Shown: positions 14,292-25,900 of the stretch, piece after piece
How the letters are laid out: every line of letters begins with the position of its first letter
Numbering within the stretch: position 1 is the stretch's first letter
Assembly: GCA_047495785.1 (NCBI GenBank)
Contig: JBLDXI010000002.1
Location: forward strand, 2,294,001 to 2,358,000
Reading direction: 5' to 3'
Origin: Lepidodermella squamata
Taxonomy: Eukaryota > Animalia > Gastrotricha
DNA length: 64,000 nucleotides
Program-made: the position numbers and the translations under genes
Notes under the pieces: model-generated
Database searches by the model: none
Seen by the model: only the letters and a program-made list of their open reading frames with translations
What the model was told of the DNA's origin: nothing

Positions 14292-17000
14292 TTAAACTGT
14301 TACCAGTCTAGGGCTCGTCGGCATTTGGAACACAGACGGCCAGTAACTGTCTTTAACGGTTTCTTCCGATGTATCCACGTCAATCCACCATGTTTTGCCG
14401 TGGACGAAAGACGTGACCGGGAAAAAGTAGGGTAAACCGCAATATGGGTGTTTTTCCGGGTCTTCCTCCGTTGAACACGCAATTCTCGCCTGGTCCAAGT
14501 AGAAGTCCAGTGGTTTTGAATGGCCTCTTAATGGCGAAATTCCGTTGAAATCGATAGGCACAAACCAGATACCTGAGCGTATCGGCGCGTCGACCTCACG
14601 CCCGGCATCAACTATTCGCTGCAAGGTAAGTTGAGCAAACGATCGTTGAACGTGAACTCCGTAATATTTGGTCGGATCAATGCTATAAGCATTGCCGAGA
14701 GGTGTCAGCAGGACAGTGAGCAAAACGAATCCGGAAATTCCGCCGATCCATTGAACTAGCGGCAAAATATGCCCACCGCTTAAATAAACCAAGGATGACT
14801 GAAAAAATCGAAAAAATTAAGGAGGCTTTCTGTTAATTTCAATAAATTACGTGGAATAAAAGCAGAATAGCGATTGCGATCAGTACAAGGACAGCGACGA
14901 AATATTCCGGGTTGACATGAGCCCCAGTCCGGCCCAGAATCGGAATAAAAATTTCGAAAATCGCATCGGTGATGTACACGAAATAAACAGTTGGGACACC
15001 GGTCAAGACGGCATGTCTAATGAAAAGCGTAAATCCACCTGTCGGTCGATTCGTACGGTTTCCAAGTGGAACCAATTTGTCCATGAACCAGGCTGAAATC
15101 AGCGGTAAGCCGACCCAGATGAATAAAATGTAGGATGAGGTGATCGAAAACAGAGATAAAACAACAATTCCGAACGAGCAAATCACAAGAGCAGCATCGA
15201 ATGAAATGTCGTAAGTCCGTTCGCAATTTTGAGCGAAGTTTGTAGACACGCATTTTGATAACATGTAATACTTGAAGAAAAACGCGTGGACCAAGAAAAC
15301 GGTAGCTATTGCAGGCAATATGTAAATCGGCACGATAAGCCAGGGTCGAGAGTACCAAGCCATGCACGAAGAAGTAGATGACATGAAGCTAGCAATAGCG
15401 AAAAGAACAACTCCAGCAGCAGTGATGGCTTGGCAATGAGCTGCGATAGCAGACATTAAAATTTGTTTATAAGAAGCCCCGTCACGTTGCCGAGATCGGT
15501 AAATCAAGGTGAAAACTCTCCAAACAGTTCCGAAGACGGCTAAAAAATTCAGCGGCAATCCAACGGTGCGAAAAGGATACACGACGAGAAACTGAAATAT
15601 AAGTCATTTCAAATCACATAACAAGTGAGAGTAGTTTTCTTACCAGTGAAAAAATATCAAAATAGACGAGTTTCTCGCCGGACCGATCATTTGGATCAGC
15701 AACAGGTGGCATTGCACCCAAATCGCTAGATGCCAAAGTTCGCACCAGTGCTAATATGTTTACTCCAGCACGTTGTAAAGTGCCATCTGAAATTCGATCT
15801 GGTGTGTCATAACGAGTATGGTACACGAATCCGTTCGAGTAAAACGCGAAATCAATTCCAGGCAAGTGACCATAGTCACGGAATATTCGATAATCCGTAT
15901 CCGATGGAATAATTCCAGATTGGAACACTTCTTGTCCCAAAACACTGGCAAACGGGTATGGAGCAGATTCGGCGTAGGCACGGACTAAAATTGGAGTGGC
16001 AGGTCCAGGGCCGGTTTGAAACATAATTTCACGGCCTCCAGCTCCGGCGGCTTCCATATTGATGAAAGCTCGAATATGCTTAGCCCAAGGATGCCCAGTT
16101 CCCTCGCTTCCACCGGAAGCATGGGATGTTCCAGCCACAAATCCGTTGCTCGCTTGCAAGATGTTTTCTTCTGCTCCATTGAACAAAAAAATAACTGAGT
16201 TTGGTAGAGCCTGCTTAGAAGCGAGTAAAGCTCTCAATATTTCCAGCATTAATGCACAGCTAACAGCATCGTCACTCGCACCGACCGTCTAAAACAGATT
16301 TTTCAGTTGAGATAACATAGATGCAAGACCTCGAAGAGCTTACCTCAAAGTATGAATCAAAGTGGCAATTAAGGAGTAACGCATGGTCTGTGTTACCCGA
16401 TGCAGGATCTAATCTAGCAACAACGTTGCTCACATTGGCGTAAACCGACGTAAATCCAGACGGGAAGCCCAACTCGAAAAATCCAGATACATGATCAGCA
16501 GCAAATGACAATTTGTGAGGAGATCTATCAGTCAATTGTTTGCGCAGGTCATCTAGTTCTCCAAGAAGCCAATGCACAGCAATTTCATCGGCTGCCATCG
16601 TACCAGCCATTCGAACCCCGAAGCTAGTCAAATGATTCAAGTGTTTTCGTGCGCGGGCAGCAATAAACTGATTCGAATCTAGAAACGACTTCGCCAAGTT
16701 TTCAGGCGATACGCCTAATGAACTCGCGTCCGGGACGTCAGGAACTCGGTGCATTTCATTTCTCACAGCGAACTTGATTATGCAGAGAACTATCATCGAA
16801 ACCGCTATATACTTCCAATTCAAGGGGGTGTGGTTCTCAATATCTAACGGATGATGACCGTTCATCTTCGAATTACGATTTCCAGCCAAGAGCTCCTCTT
16901 CATCTTCGCGCAAATATCGCATGCCTTCTTCATTGCCGTCAAGATCGTGGCGACCACGCCCATTTTCGTAAGTGCTCCGTCCTGCATTAGCGCGAAGCAT
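14292..17000 (-). CDS. ERMP1: ERMP1-like copy D, C-terminally truncated duplicate of copy C
   Basis: Exons 17000-16344, 16288-15644, 15591-14851, 14798-14292. The last exon ends RLVTV* at the junction, losing ~155 aa. Catalytic and TM regions intact; may be a pseudogene. Confidence 0.85.
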
Positions 17001-18917
17001 ATTAACTATTCCCTAAAGAAAAAGCGAAAGGTTAATTATGAGATGGCAACCAGCACCCGGAGCTTTTCGAGCGCATTACACTTTAAGAATGTACAGTACA
17101 AACGTTGGTAATTATGAAGAGAAGCAACCATCTCAGCAAGTAAGCAGGACGAACCCAAACACTAAAGCCTGTACACGTTAACGACCACTCAACTCAATCC
17201 CTTTAGCTCATGCACCTGGTTGCTGGCCAAAATGCCGGCAGCAAAGAGAAATTGCGCGGGTAATTCAAATTCATGAAGGTCACATCACAATCTTGGACTA
17301 TCCTAAAATTAAGCATTTTTTAAACAATAATGATTTTATTTATTGTGCAATAAGGCTAAATAAGAGATTTTAAGATGAACATTGTTTTCGGTTTCAAATT
17401 TCAAAGTTTAAACCCGTTTCGATTTTCGATTTTGTCGACTTCTGACGATTCTTCCGACTAAGCAAATTGCCGTTCAATTGAGGGAGAAGAATTGCAAGAT
17501 TTTACACATGCATGGGTAATGGAATTCATCAATGCTAGCATACTGTGCAAATGCCTAAATGTTGGTCGCGAAATCACTGCTGGCATGGAAGCTATGTAAG
17601 CTGTCACCTGGGTTTTCAGGACTTGCCACGCTCTGTACATTGTTTCCCTCTGTTCAATAAAGTTTTGCATAAGTATCAAAACATCAATACCTTCTGCTGA
17701 GCGTTTTTCGCTGGTCTTCGCTCGCCGGTTCATCATCAAACGATAGAAAGAAATAATTCAAAGAAACAGCATCATTTGGGTTTTTACTTATAAGCCGGCC
17801 GCTGAGACGAATCATTTTCAAATACCACACCAGTTCTTGCTTAGCAAATTGCTCCTCTGTTTTTTAACTTTTATTGAATTGCAAGCTGAAAATTTTTCCC
17901 GGAATGCACACCGCATAAAAATTCCGGCCACCGTAAATCAAAATGATCATTCTCCATTCTCCGTTTGGTAAAAATCGAAATGTGCTTCCCAGATCTGATG
18001 TGTTTCACGAATATACCACAATTTCGCAGTGCATCCATGGCGTTGTAAAATAAAATAGGCGCCACCCTTTTAGCTCATGTGACGTTGGAACGTAATTTGA
18101 AGGCTGATATTATCTCGAACTTTTGAGGGGGAACAACTGTAGAAATCGGGTCGTTAGTTTGATTGAAGTCGTGCCAATTCAAGGGCATATGTCTCCTGAT
18201 CTGGGCCGATTGGCTCGTTTTACATAATGACGTTATTAAAAGCCTCATGAGACCGCCTTTTTCATTCAGCCAGCATCGATTCGATTCATCACAGCATCGG
18301 ATTTTACACTGGAATTATATTGAAGTTAACGCAAAAAACGGCAACGAATGGCAATTATTTCAGTTTTATTTCATTCATTTCATCAATATCACTTCTCTTT
18401 CTCATAAATAAAAAACAAAGATGGCGAAGTTTTCGATTTCGCTTTGTATATAATCAACAATGGTGTTCACAAAGGAGAGCAGGCATCTTCGAATAGAAGA
18501 GGTAATATAGGCAAAAAGGACACGAAAATTGCCAGCGTGAAAAGTCTCATCATCTTCATAAAAAGTGAGCTGTTCGATGTCATCATCAAGCGTGGATGTG
18601 GAAGGCCACTTGAAATATACCTACTATTATTTATATATAAAGCAACATCGTTTTCAACAAGAGATGCGTGCGAATTTCTGTACAGTCGTCATCTTTTTCG
18701 CTTCAAGGCCACGACATTCTCATAGAATATGATATTATTGGTACAATTTCATGCGTAAAAATGATAGAGATCCTTATATTAAAAAACTATGATGAGAGGA
18801 ATAAATGTACTGTAGATCGCTTGTACAATACATTAGCACGTCGCCGAATACGTAACATCGATACGCATTTTAGAAATGATTATACATACACGCACGGAAC
18901 TATACATCGAATCACCA

Positions 18918-21900
18918 TCATACAACCATTTCAAGGTTTTGAGTCCGCAATAAATCATCGCTTAATTGGTGTTTATGCTGCGACGACTGCTGCTGCTGCG
19001 ACGGAGCGACCGGCGCCGTGGGCAGGACGTTAAGGCGAGGGGCGAAGGTGACTTGCTGCGGCGGCTGCGACGTCGCGTTTTGACTGCGGGCTCGTGCCAG
19101 CGAGTCGAGACTAGGCGAGGCAACGCTGCCGTTAGCCGGCCGCATGGCACTTTTCATGACCAGTGTCGAAGTAGGGTATTGCTGTGCGAGCTGCTGTTGC
19201 TGCTGCTTCTGCACCTCGTACTGCATAGGCCCGGACAGGGTGCCGTAGCCGGGCGGCACCATGCGCGATGTCTCATATGCTTGTTGGTAATGCTGCTGTT
19301 GCTGTTGCATCAGCGAATAGGCAAGAGCGGCATTGGTCATTGGAGGACCGCCTTGAACGCTGCTGCTTCGCGAGCTTGCAACTTCACTCGTTACTTGGGC
19401 CCAAGTTACTTGACGAGTTGCTGTTAACAAAAATTAGTTGAAAAATAATCCTCCTTATATATTTGAAATATCTAACCATTATTATCAGGCTCGCGCCGAA
19501 CCGGTCGAGGGGGCGGTGATTCAACGGCTGTTTGAACGATTCTAGCCCGTTCAACGCAGGTGCCATTACTGAGCAAGAAAGAGGGCGGGGGAGGTGGCTG
19601 TTGTTGTTGTTGATGCTGGCAAACTTGTTGCTGCTGCTGCTGAATCGATCTCGCAGACAAAATCTGCTGATGATGCGGATCGGCGAAAAATGCTCGAAGC
19701 CTGTCGTTCGACATGTGCTGTTCGAGGTGAGGTTGAAGCTGCTGCTGAGCCGCTTTTTTCTGAGCACTATGAATCGGGCAGTCGTTGCTAGCCGACGGCT
19801 GCTGTTTATCAGACCCGCTCAGGGCACTCGCCACCGTCGCCGCGCTTCCCTCACCGTCCGACGAATTAGCTGGCGAGATTTGCTGCTGAGGCGTTGTTTG
19901 CAGTTGAAATTTAACACTGCTCGCCTGCCGAGGCAGCGTGTGATGCAGCTGGTCCGGCCCTTCCGTGCTCGGAGTTTGATGAACCAGCGACGACGTTGTA
20001 TTAACCGTGTGGTCTGACGAGTGGTCGGAGGGCGATGAATTTCGAAGATCGCCGTCCAGTTGCCGGTGGCCACTGGTCGGCGTCATCACCGTCGTGTCAT
20101 TCGCCGTCGAAATATTCCGGGCTAAACTCGCGTGGTCACCAACCGGGGGTGAAGAGGCGTCGAAACCAAGCGCCTTCATCTTCCGCTCAGCCGCTTTCCT
20201 CGCGTTGTAGGTCCGGCCACGACCGCGCCGCTTCACCACTACTACAACGGTGATAATAATAATCGAAGCGCCACCGGCCGCGCAAATCAAAATCACAACG
20301 ATTGTCAAACTTCGGCTATCGCGGACAAATGCGGTTTTCGCAAACGCTTCCAGCGCGTTTTTGTCCGGTGAGACGAAGAGTTTTAGGGTGACTAGCGCCG
20401 ACTCGCCGCGGTTATTCGTGACTTGAACTCGAATTTCGTACAGAGTCGATTCGATAGCGACTAAATCGTCCCGAAGTGAAATAACGCCAGTTTTCGGGTC
20501 GATGACTAAATCGCCGAGTGGCGGCTCGATCGAGTCGATGCGGAACGAAATCGGGCTGGTTGAGTCGTCAACGTCGTAGGCAACGACCCGGCTAACCATA
20601 ACACCGGCGCCGACCGGGGTCGACATGATAACTGTGTCATTTTTCGCATTCGGGAACAGCACAACCGGGCCCTGGTGGTCGAAAGGCACGACGTGAAGGC
20701 TGGCCTGAACGCGGGAATACGCGGCTCGATTTTGCGAATCGCCGGCTAGAATAGCGAAATTCAACCGCCCATTCACTGGGTCGAGTGATTTCTGAAAAAT
20801 TTCCGCCGCCGCAACGTAGATTTGCCCGGTAACTTCGTCGATTCGAATGGTTTTCCGCACTAATTCATCGCCGCTGATAAAGTACCGCACGTTCGACTGG
20901 TTCAGCTGGCCATCGGAGAAATCTTCATCCGCGTCGATTGCTACGACGGGTTTGCCGAGCTCCGAGCCTTGCCTAGCGCCGTTTCTCGCGAAAAACGCGT
21001 AGGAATTGCGTTCGAACATCGGTAGATTGTCATTAATGTTGATGATATTGACCTGGAAAGCGGTCGACCCAGTCAAACTCGGCTGACCTCGATCAATCGC
21101 CATAATTTCCATGTTAAACGTCTTGATATGTTCGAAATCGAACGACCGTTTCGCCTTCAACATGCCGCGATTATCGGCGGAGATAATGTCGAAATATTCG
21201 CGAATGCTCTCAGGCCGGATTTCGTAGGTCAACTTAGCGTTATCGCCGATATCGAGGTCTTCGGCGACGAGTTCAGCGACAATGTAGCCGGGCGGGTTGT
21301 TTTCGGAGATGTTAACGGCGAACGGCGCATTTCCGGACTGGCTTCGGTAGAAAAAAGTCGGAGCGTTGTCGTTCATATCGCCGATTCGAATGACGACAGT
21401 TTTGCTGGCTGAGAGCGGCCCGCCTTGAGATCCTTTGCCCTTATCGGCACAGGAAATTTCGATCGGAACTTCCTGGGTCTTTTCGCGGTCGAAAGAACGC
21501 TTTGGTGTAATACTAAAAAGAGGAAAAAAATAAAATTAAAACAAAATTAAATATTCAAAAAATTAAAAATTAAAAGAAATATCAAAAATTATAAAAAGAA
21601 ATTAAGGAGGATTTTTCAAAATTTATTTTAAAAATTTTCTAAAATTATTCATGAAAAATTGGAATATTCAAATTACCGGTATGTTTTAGGATACATAGGA
21701 TCCAGAGCGAAGTCTGTAGTGTTGATACTGCAGGCCACCTCGCCGCCGCCATTTGTATCCGGATCTCGGACAATAACCAGTGCTAAGGTTTTCGGCTTCT
21801 CCGCATTTGGCTCGAGATTTTCCATCAAAACCGGCCCAGACCTGCCATTCGGGTCCGTATACTGGTCGCCGATGCTTTTAACCGTAATCGTCGGCGGGTT

Positions 21901-22965
21901 GTCGTTAACATCAGTCACGGTGACTACAACAGTCGCCGACGAAGTTCGACCCCGGCCTAGGTTATCAACAGCCAGGACTTTGAACCGGAATTCCTTGTTA
22001 GTTTCGTAATCAAGCGGCAGTAGCGCCGAGATTCCGCCATTTGAATGATGCACGTAAAAGTACTGCTTAGCAACGGCGTCACTGTCGTCGATTTTGTAGA
22101 TCAACTGCGAGTTGACGCCATCGTCACGGTCGACCGCTTTCACGGTAACAAACGGCTCCTTGTATGACCGGTTTTCGACCAGCTCCGCCGTGTAAATCGG
22201 CCGGCTGAATTCAGGGCTGTTATCGTTGTCATCAGCGACAGAGACATTTACATTAAGGCGGCCTTCCAAGCCACCGCCGTCGACTGCGCGAATCTGGAAG
22301 CGATACGTCTCGACCTGTTCACGGTCTAGCGGTTTCTTGAGCAAAATTTGAACTTCAGCCGGGTCGATCGGCGACTGCTTCACGTCGAAAGTTTCCGACT
22401 CGTCGTAGATAGAAAACGCGCGAACAGCGTTGTCGCCAAAATCGGCGTCATTCGCGCGGAACGTTGCGACAACATCGCCGACACGCGCCGATTCACTGAC
22501 GGCGATCGACTCGGTCGGGCGGGCGAAAGACGGCGCGACGTCATTCACGTCGTAAATGTGAAGAGTCAACGTGCCGACTATCATATCGCCGCTACCTGAC
22601 GCTGATTCGTTCCGCCTGATTGAAATATCGACGTTTTTCGAGCACGGGTTAACATTTTTGCCAGCGCATAGCTGTTCCCGGTCTAACCGGCCGGCGGCTC
22701 GGACGACGCCCGTCGCTTGGTCGATTGATAACAACCGGGCAAGTTCGGGTTGTTCGTTACTTTTCGGGTCGTTATTCGCAAGGATTGAAAAAATCGTGTA
22801 TTTAGTTGCGAAACGGGAAAATTCTCGATCTCGGGATAAATTGATAATTTCGTGGCCTATCGCGACTTCTTCGTTAACATTGGCCTGGGCGCTGAGGGCG
22901 CAGTTGACTGCCGAGATAACGGCCCCGAAAGCAGCGAGCCGAAGCAGCAGGACGACGATAATCAT
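18918..22965 (-). CDS. Protocadherin-like protein (~1275 aa; signal peptide, 7 cadherin repeats, TM, Q/S-rich tail)
   Basis: Exons 22965-21677, 21512-19477, 19420-18918 (3828 nt). Linkers DVNDVAP, DDNDNSP, DVNDNPP, DMNDNAP, NINDNLP; LDRE/LDYE and AxDxD motifs; EC1 Cys pair (CAGKNVNPC); TM LTIVVILICAAGGASIIIITVVVVV followed by KRR. Confidence 0.92.
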
Positions 22966-25900
22966 TTCTCGTTAACACGACCAACTCATTTTTCAAAGTT
23001 TTAAATTTCTAGACATATACAGAAAAATTATACGTAAATAAACAGGACGTTGAGGTGAATGGGAGAGAGGCCGGAGTTGCGGATAGCGTGAATTGGTTAA
23101 ATATTAATGCGAAACAACAATAATTCAGCGGCCGAGTTGCGGAATGACACCCGCTGTAGTAAAAATCTCGCCGTATATAAAATAATTCGTGCTAATAAAA
23201 GCAACAACGCATAAAATATGCGCGCGGCGAAAATCAGCGCGACATTTTATTTACTCACTGATTATATACGGGGGTCGCCCGCAATCGATGCAAACGGAAT
23301 TAGGTAGGGGCCGGTCTATTTATAAAGCTATGATCGATGCGCGCGCGCCAAAGACGTGTGTTTTTCTCCACGCTATTCGCTACATTTGCAGATCAAGAGC
23401 CACTTGTTGTTTGCCGCTCGGCTTCTCTTGCATCCCCATTTCTTTTGTACTCGCACGATAAACGATGGAGTGGTGGTGGCGATGGTGGCGAAAAACCAAC
23501 CGATCTACAATAAAACAATAGGCGGCTCTATCGCGATCAAGTGGCACTTATTGCCGCGCGCGACTAAATGGGTTGACAATAATAATATTATTAGTAATAG
23601 CCGCTCATCGCTCAATTCGCAAATCCGCCTTAAGCCACCGCGAGCGGATTAAAAATGATCGGTAATGAACACGCGTACGAATCCAGGTACTGCCCTTGAA
23701 TTGGGTACCTGGACAATGGCTGATCGAAGCCGGGTACATTAAGTATTATATTTAGCAAAACGGCGAAAATTATTAGGGAGGATCATAAAAAACAGGATGC
23801 ATTAGTCGATTGATCTTCCTATGATTTTCGATATAATGGATGATTAAAAAGTTGGCGGAAGGCGAGCGACAAAATGCACCGTCAATAAACAAAACGGCAC
23901 TCTATCATTAGGCTCTGGTGGGCAGGGTATAGAGAGAGAGGTGAAAGTGAGCGTGCGCTCTCTCGTGGCGCTTGTAGTAGTAATAATAATAATAATAGTA
24001 AAAACATCGTCATCCCTGTCATCTTGTTTGTTTTATGAGCGTGCTATAAACTCGTGTGTGACTGCGACGAAGATGGCGTTTACCTGGCGCGAGAAAAGGC
24101 GGCGGCGCCTTAAAAAAAAAACGCATGCACAGCCCGGTGCGAGCGAGCGAAATGGTTGCTACATGTGGGCATTTTCGAACACAGGCGCCCAAAAACAAAC
24201 TCTGTTTTTGTTTGTTTGTTGCCGCCGCCGCCGGCTGCAGCAGCAACCATAGCCGTTGCTGGTCTCGCTGGAGCCGGAATCTATCAAAAATGCGATACGA
24301 TTGCGCGTGAAAACGAGTGCGTCGTCGATATTTCCTGATTGGCGTCTCGGCTCTGCTATAAGAAGAAAGCGACACTTGATGCCGGGACCGGCCGCAAAAT
24401 GGCGCCGCCGCGGTTGTGTATATTGATTTGTTTACGTGGCGGAAAGAGGCGCGCATTTTTAAAGTCGAAAAATGATCGCCAAGAAGACATCAGCCAGCAA
24501 ATTGCGAAAACAATAATAATAGCAGCAATGATTTTGCTGCGTTAGATCGAGAGGCGTCGCGCTTGTATCTTGGCGCGATAACACGATATTTACGCGGCTG
24601 TGATGCTGCGTCAAGCTGATTATTTTATAACAGCGACAAGTCGAAAAACAACAACTAGCAAATTTATATCGCCGGCGGCGCGCGATTGTTGCAAAAATGC
24701 GCGGCCAAAAATGCGAAATCACGCGAAACCAGCGCGTTCGGTTCGTATCGAGAGCTAATCAAATAATCAATTTCTTCTTCTTGTTCTCAAGGTGTGTCTT
24801 ACGTTGCTGTTCGCGTTAGACGCGCGTCAGCTGCTCGTATATCGGCTATGAAATTATACGGGCATCTGCTGCCTTTCTATCAATTGCCAGTGTTGCCAAA
24901 ATAGACTCAGCAATATACTACTACTAGTAATAGTTATTAACAAAACAACAAGTTTTAAGGCGGCGTGTGGGCGCAACCGCGAGCAGGTAAATTAATAATA
25001 CTTATTAAGATGAACGGGACGAAGCAGCTACACGTCTATGATATATCCGATGAAAATGAGAGAGGAAAGGCCTGACAAGAAACAAACATCGGCGCAACAA
25101 ATGGCGATTCGATATCCACCAAAATCACTGTTTACCAAACCTGCTAATTGAAAAATGATGAGCGGTGGCCTGGCGAAAAAGCTTTTACGCGGCCGCGGCG
25201 CCCATTTACGTATGATTTATCGATGCGCGCTTTTCGGGTATTTCTACACAATTCATCTATATATCGTTATATTTTTAAACAAGACGTGCGTGGTTGTATT
25301 GCGGAAAAAATGACGGCGTCGTGGCGCAAAAAGTGGTAAATATTTTCTCGAAGCGAAACGCAAATCAAATCGCCATGGCAGAACGGTAATAATAATAATA
25401 ATAAAAGTAATAATTAATTAGCTTAATGGAAAACGAAATATTAGATGATGGGATGATGATGCTGTAGAAAAAACCTGATGCGGTTTTACGGGCCGTGAGA
25501 GAAAACGCCGGCCACTTGTTCGGCGAAAACAACAAGTTTTGGTCCTCTCGCCAATAGAAATTCAATTTGCCAGAAAAGCAGAGCAGTTGGATGATATTAT
25601 TAAATAATAAGAACAACAAGCAACTATTGATGACCGATTGGGGTTGGTTTAATAGGCTATGGAGCGTTTTGACAGAATAAGTGCGCGGTGTGTTCGGGGC
25701 GTGATTGATCGGCGCGTAAATAACGACACGGTAAACAAGTGGCTCGACCATTGAGCCCGGGCTGCGCGACGCCGCACGGTCGACGGCGCCCGGGCGCATT
25801 CAGGGCTATGTTGTGCCAGCACGCGCTCGCTTTTTCGCGTAAACAGTCCCGCACCTGAAATTTACGGCCGTCTCACGGTTGCAAATCTGTTGTTAGTTGG

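Larger units (their letters stand above)
7477..21119. repeat. Tandem segmental duplication, two ~6822-bp units (7477-14297 and 14298-21119)
   Basis: The ORF track repeats at offset 6821-6822. The junction at 14297 joins cadherin sequence (...ATGTTAAAC, matches 21111-21119) to ERMP1 sequence (CTGTTACCAG, matches 7476-7485) with a 1-bp C microhomology. Confidence 0.95.

Noticed and set aside
18960-19760. CAG/CAA runs as a separate repeat element
   Set aside because: They encode polyQ tracts of the protocadherin tail, which are common in such proteins.
1051-22975. Many short ORFs overlapping or antisense to ERMP1 and protocadherin exons
   Set aside because: Shadow frames of real coding sequence with no domain features.
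23682-23713. Small hairpin TCCAGGTAC...GTACCTGGA as a pre-miRNA
   Set aside because: The 9-bp stem is too short and expected by chance in a window this size.
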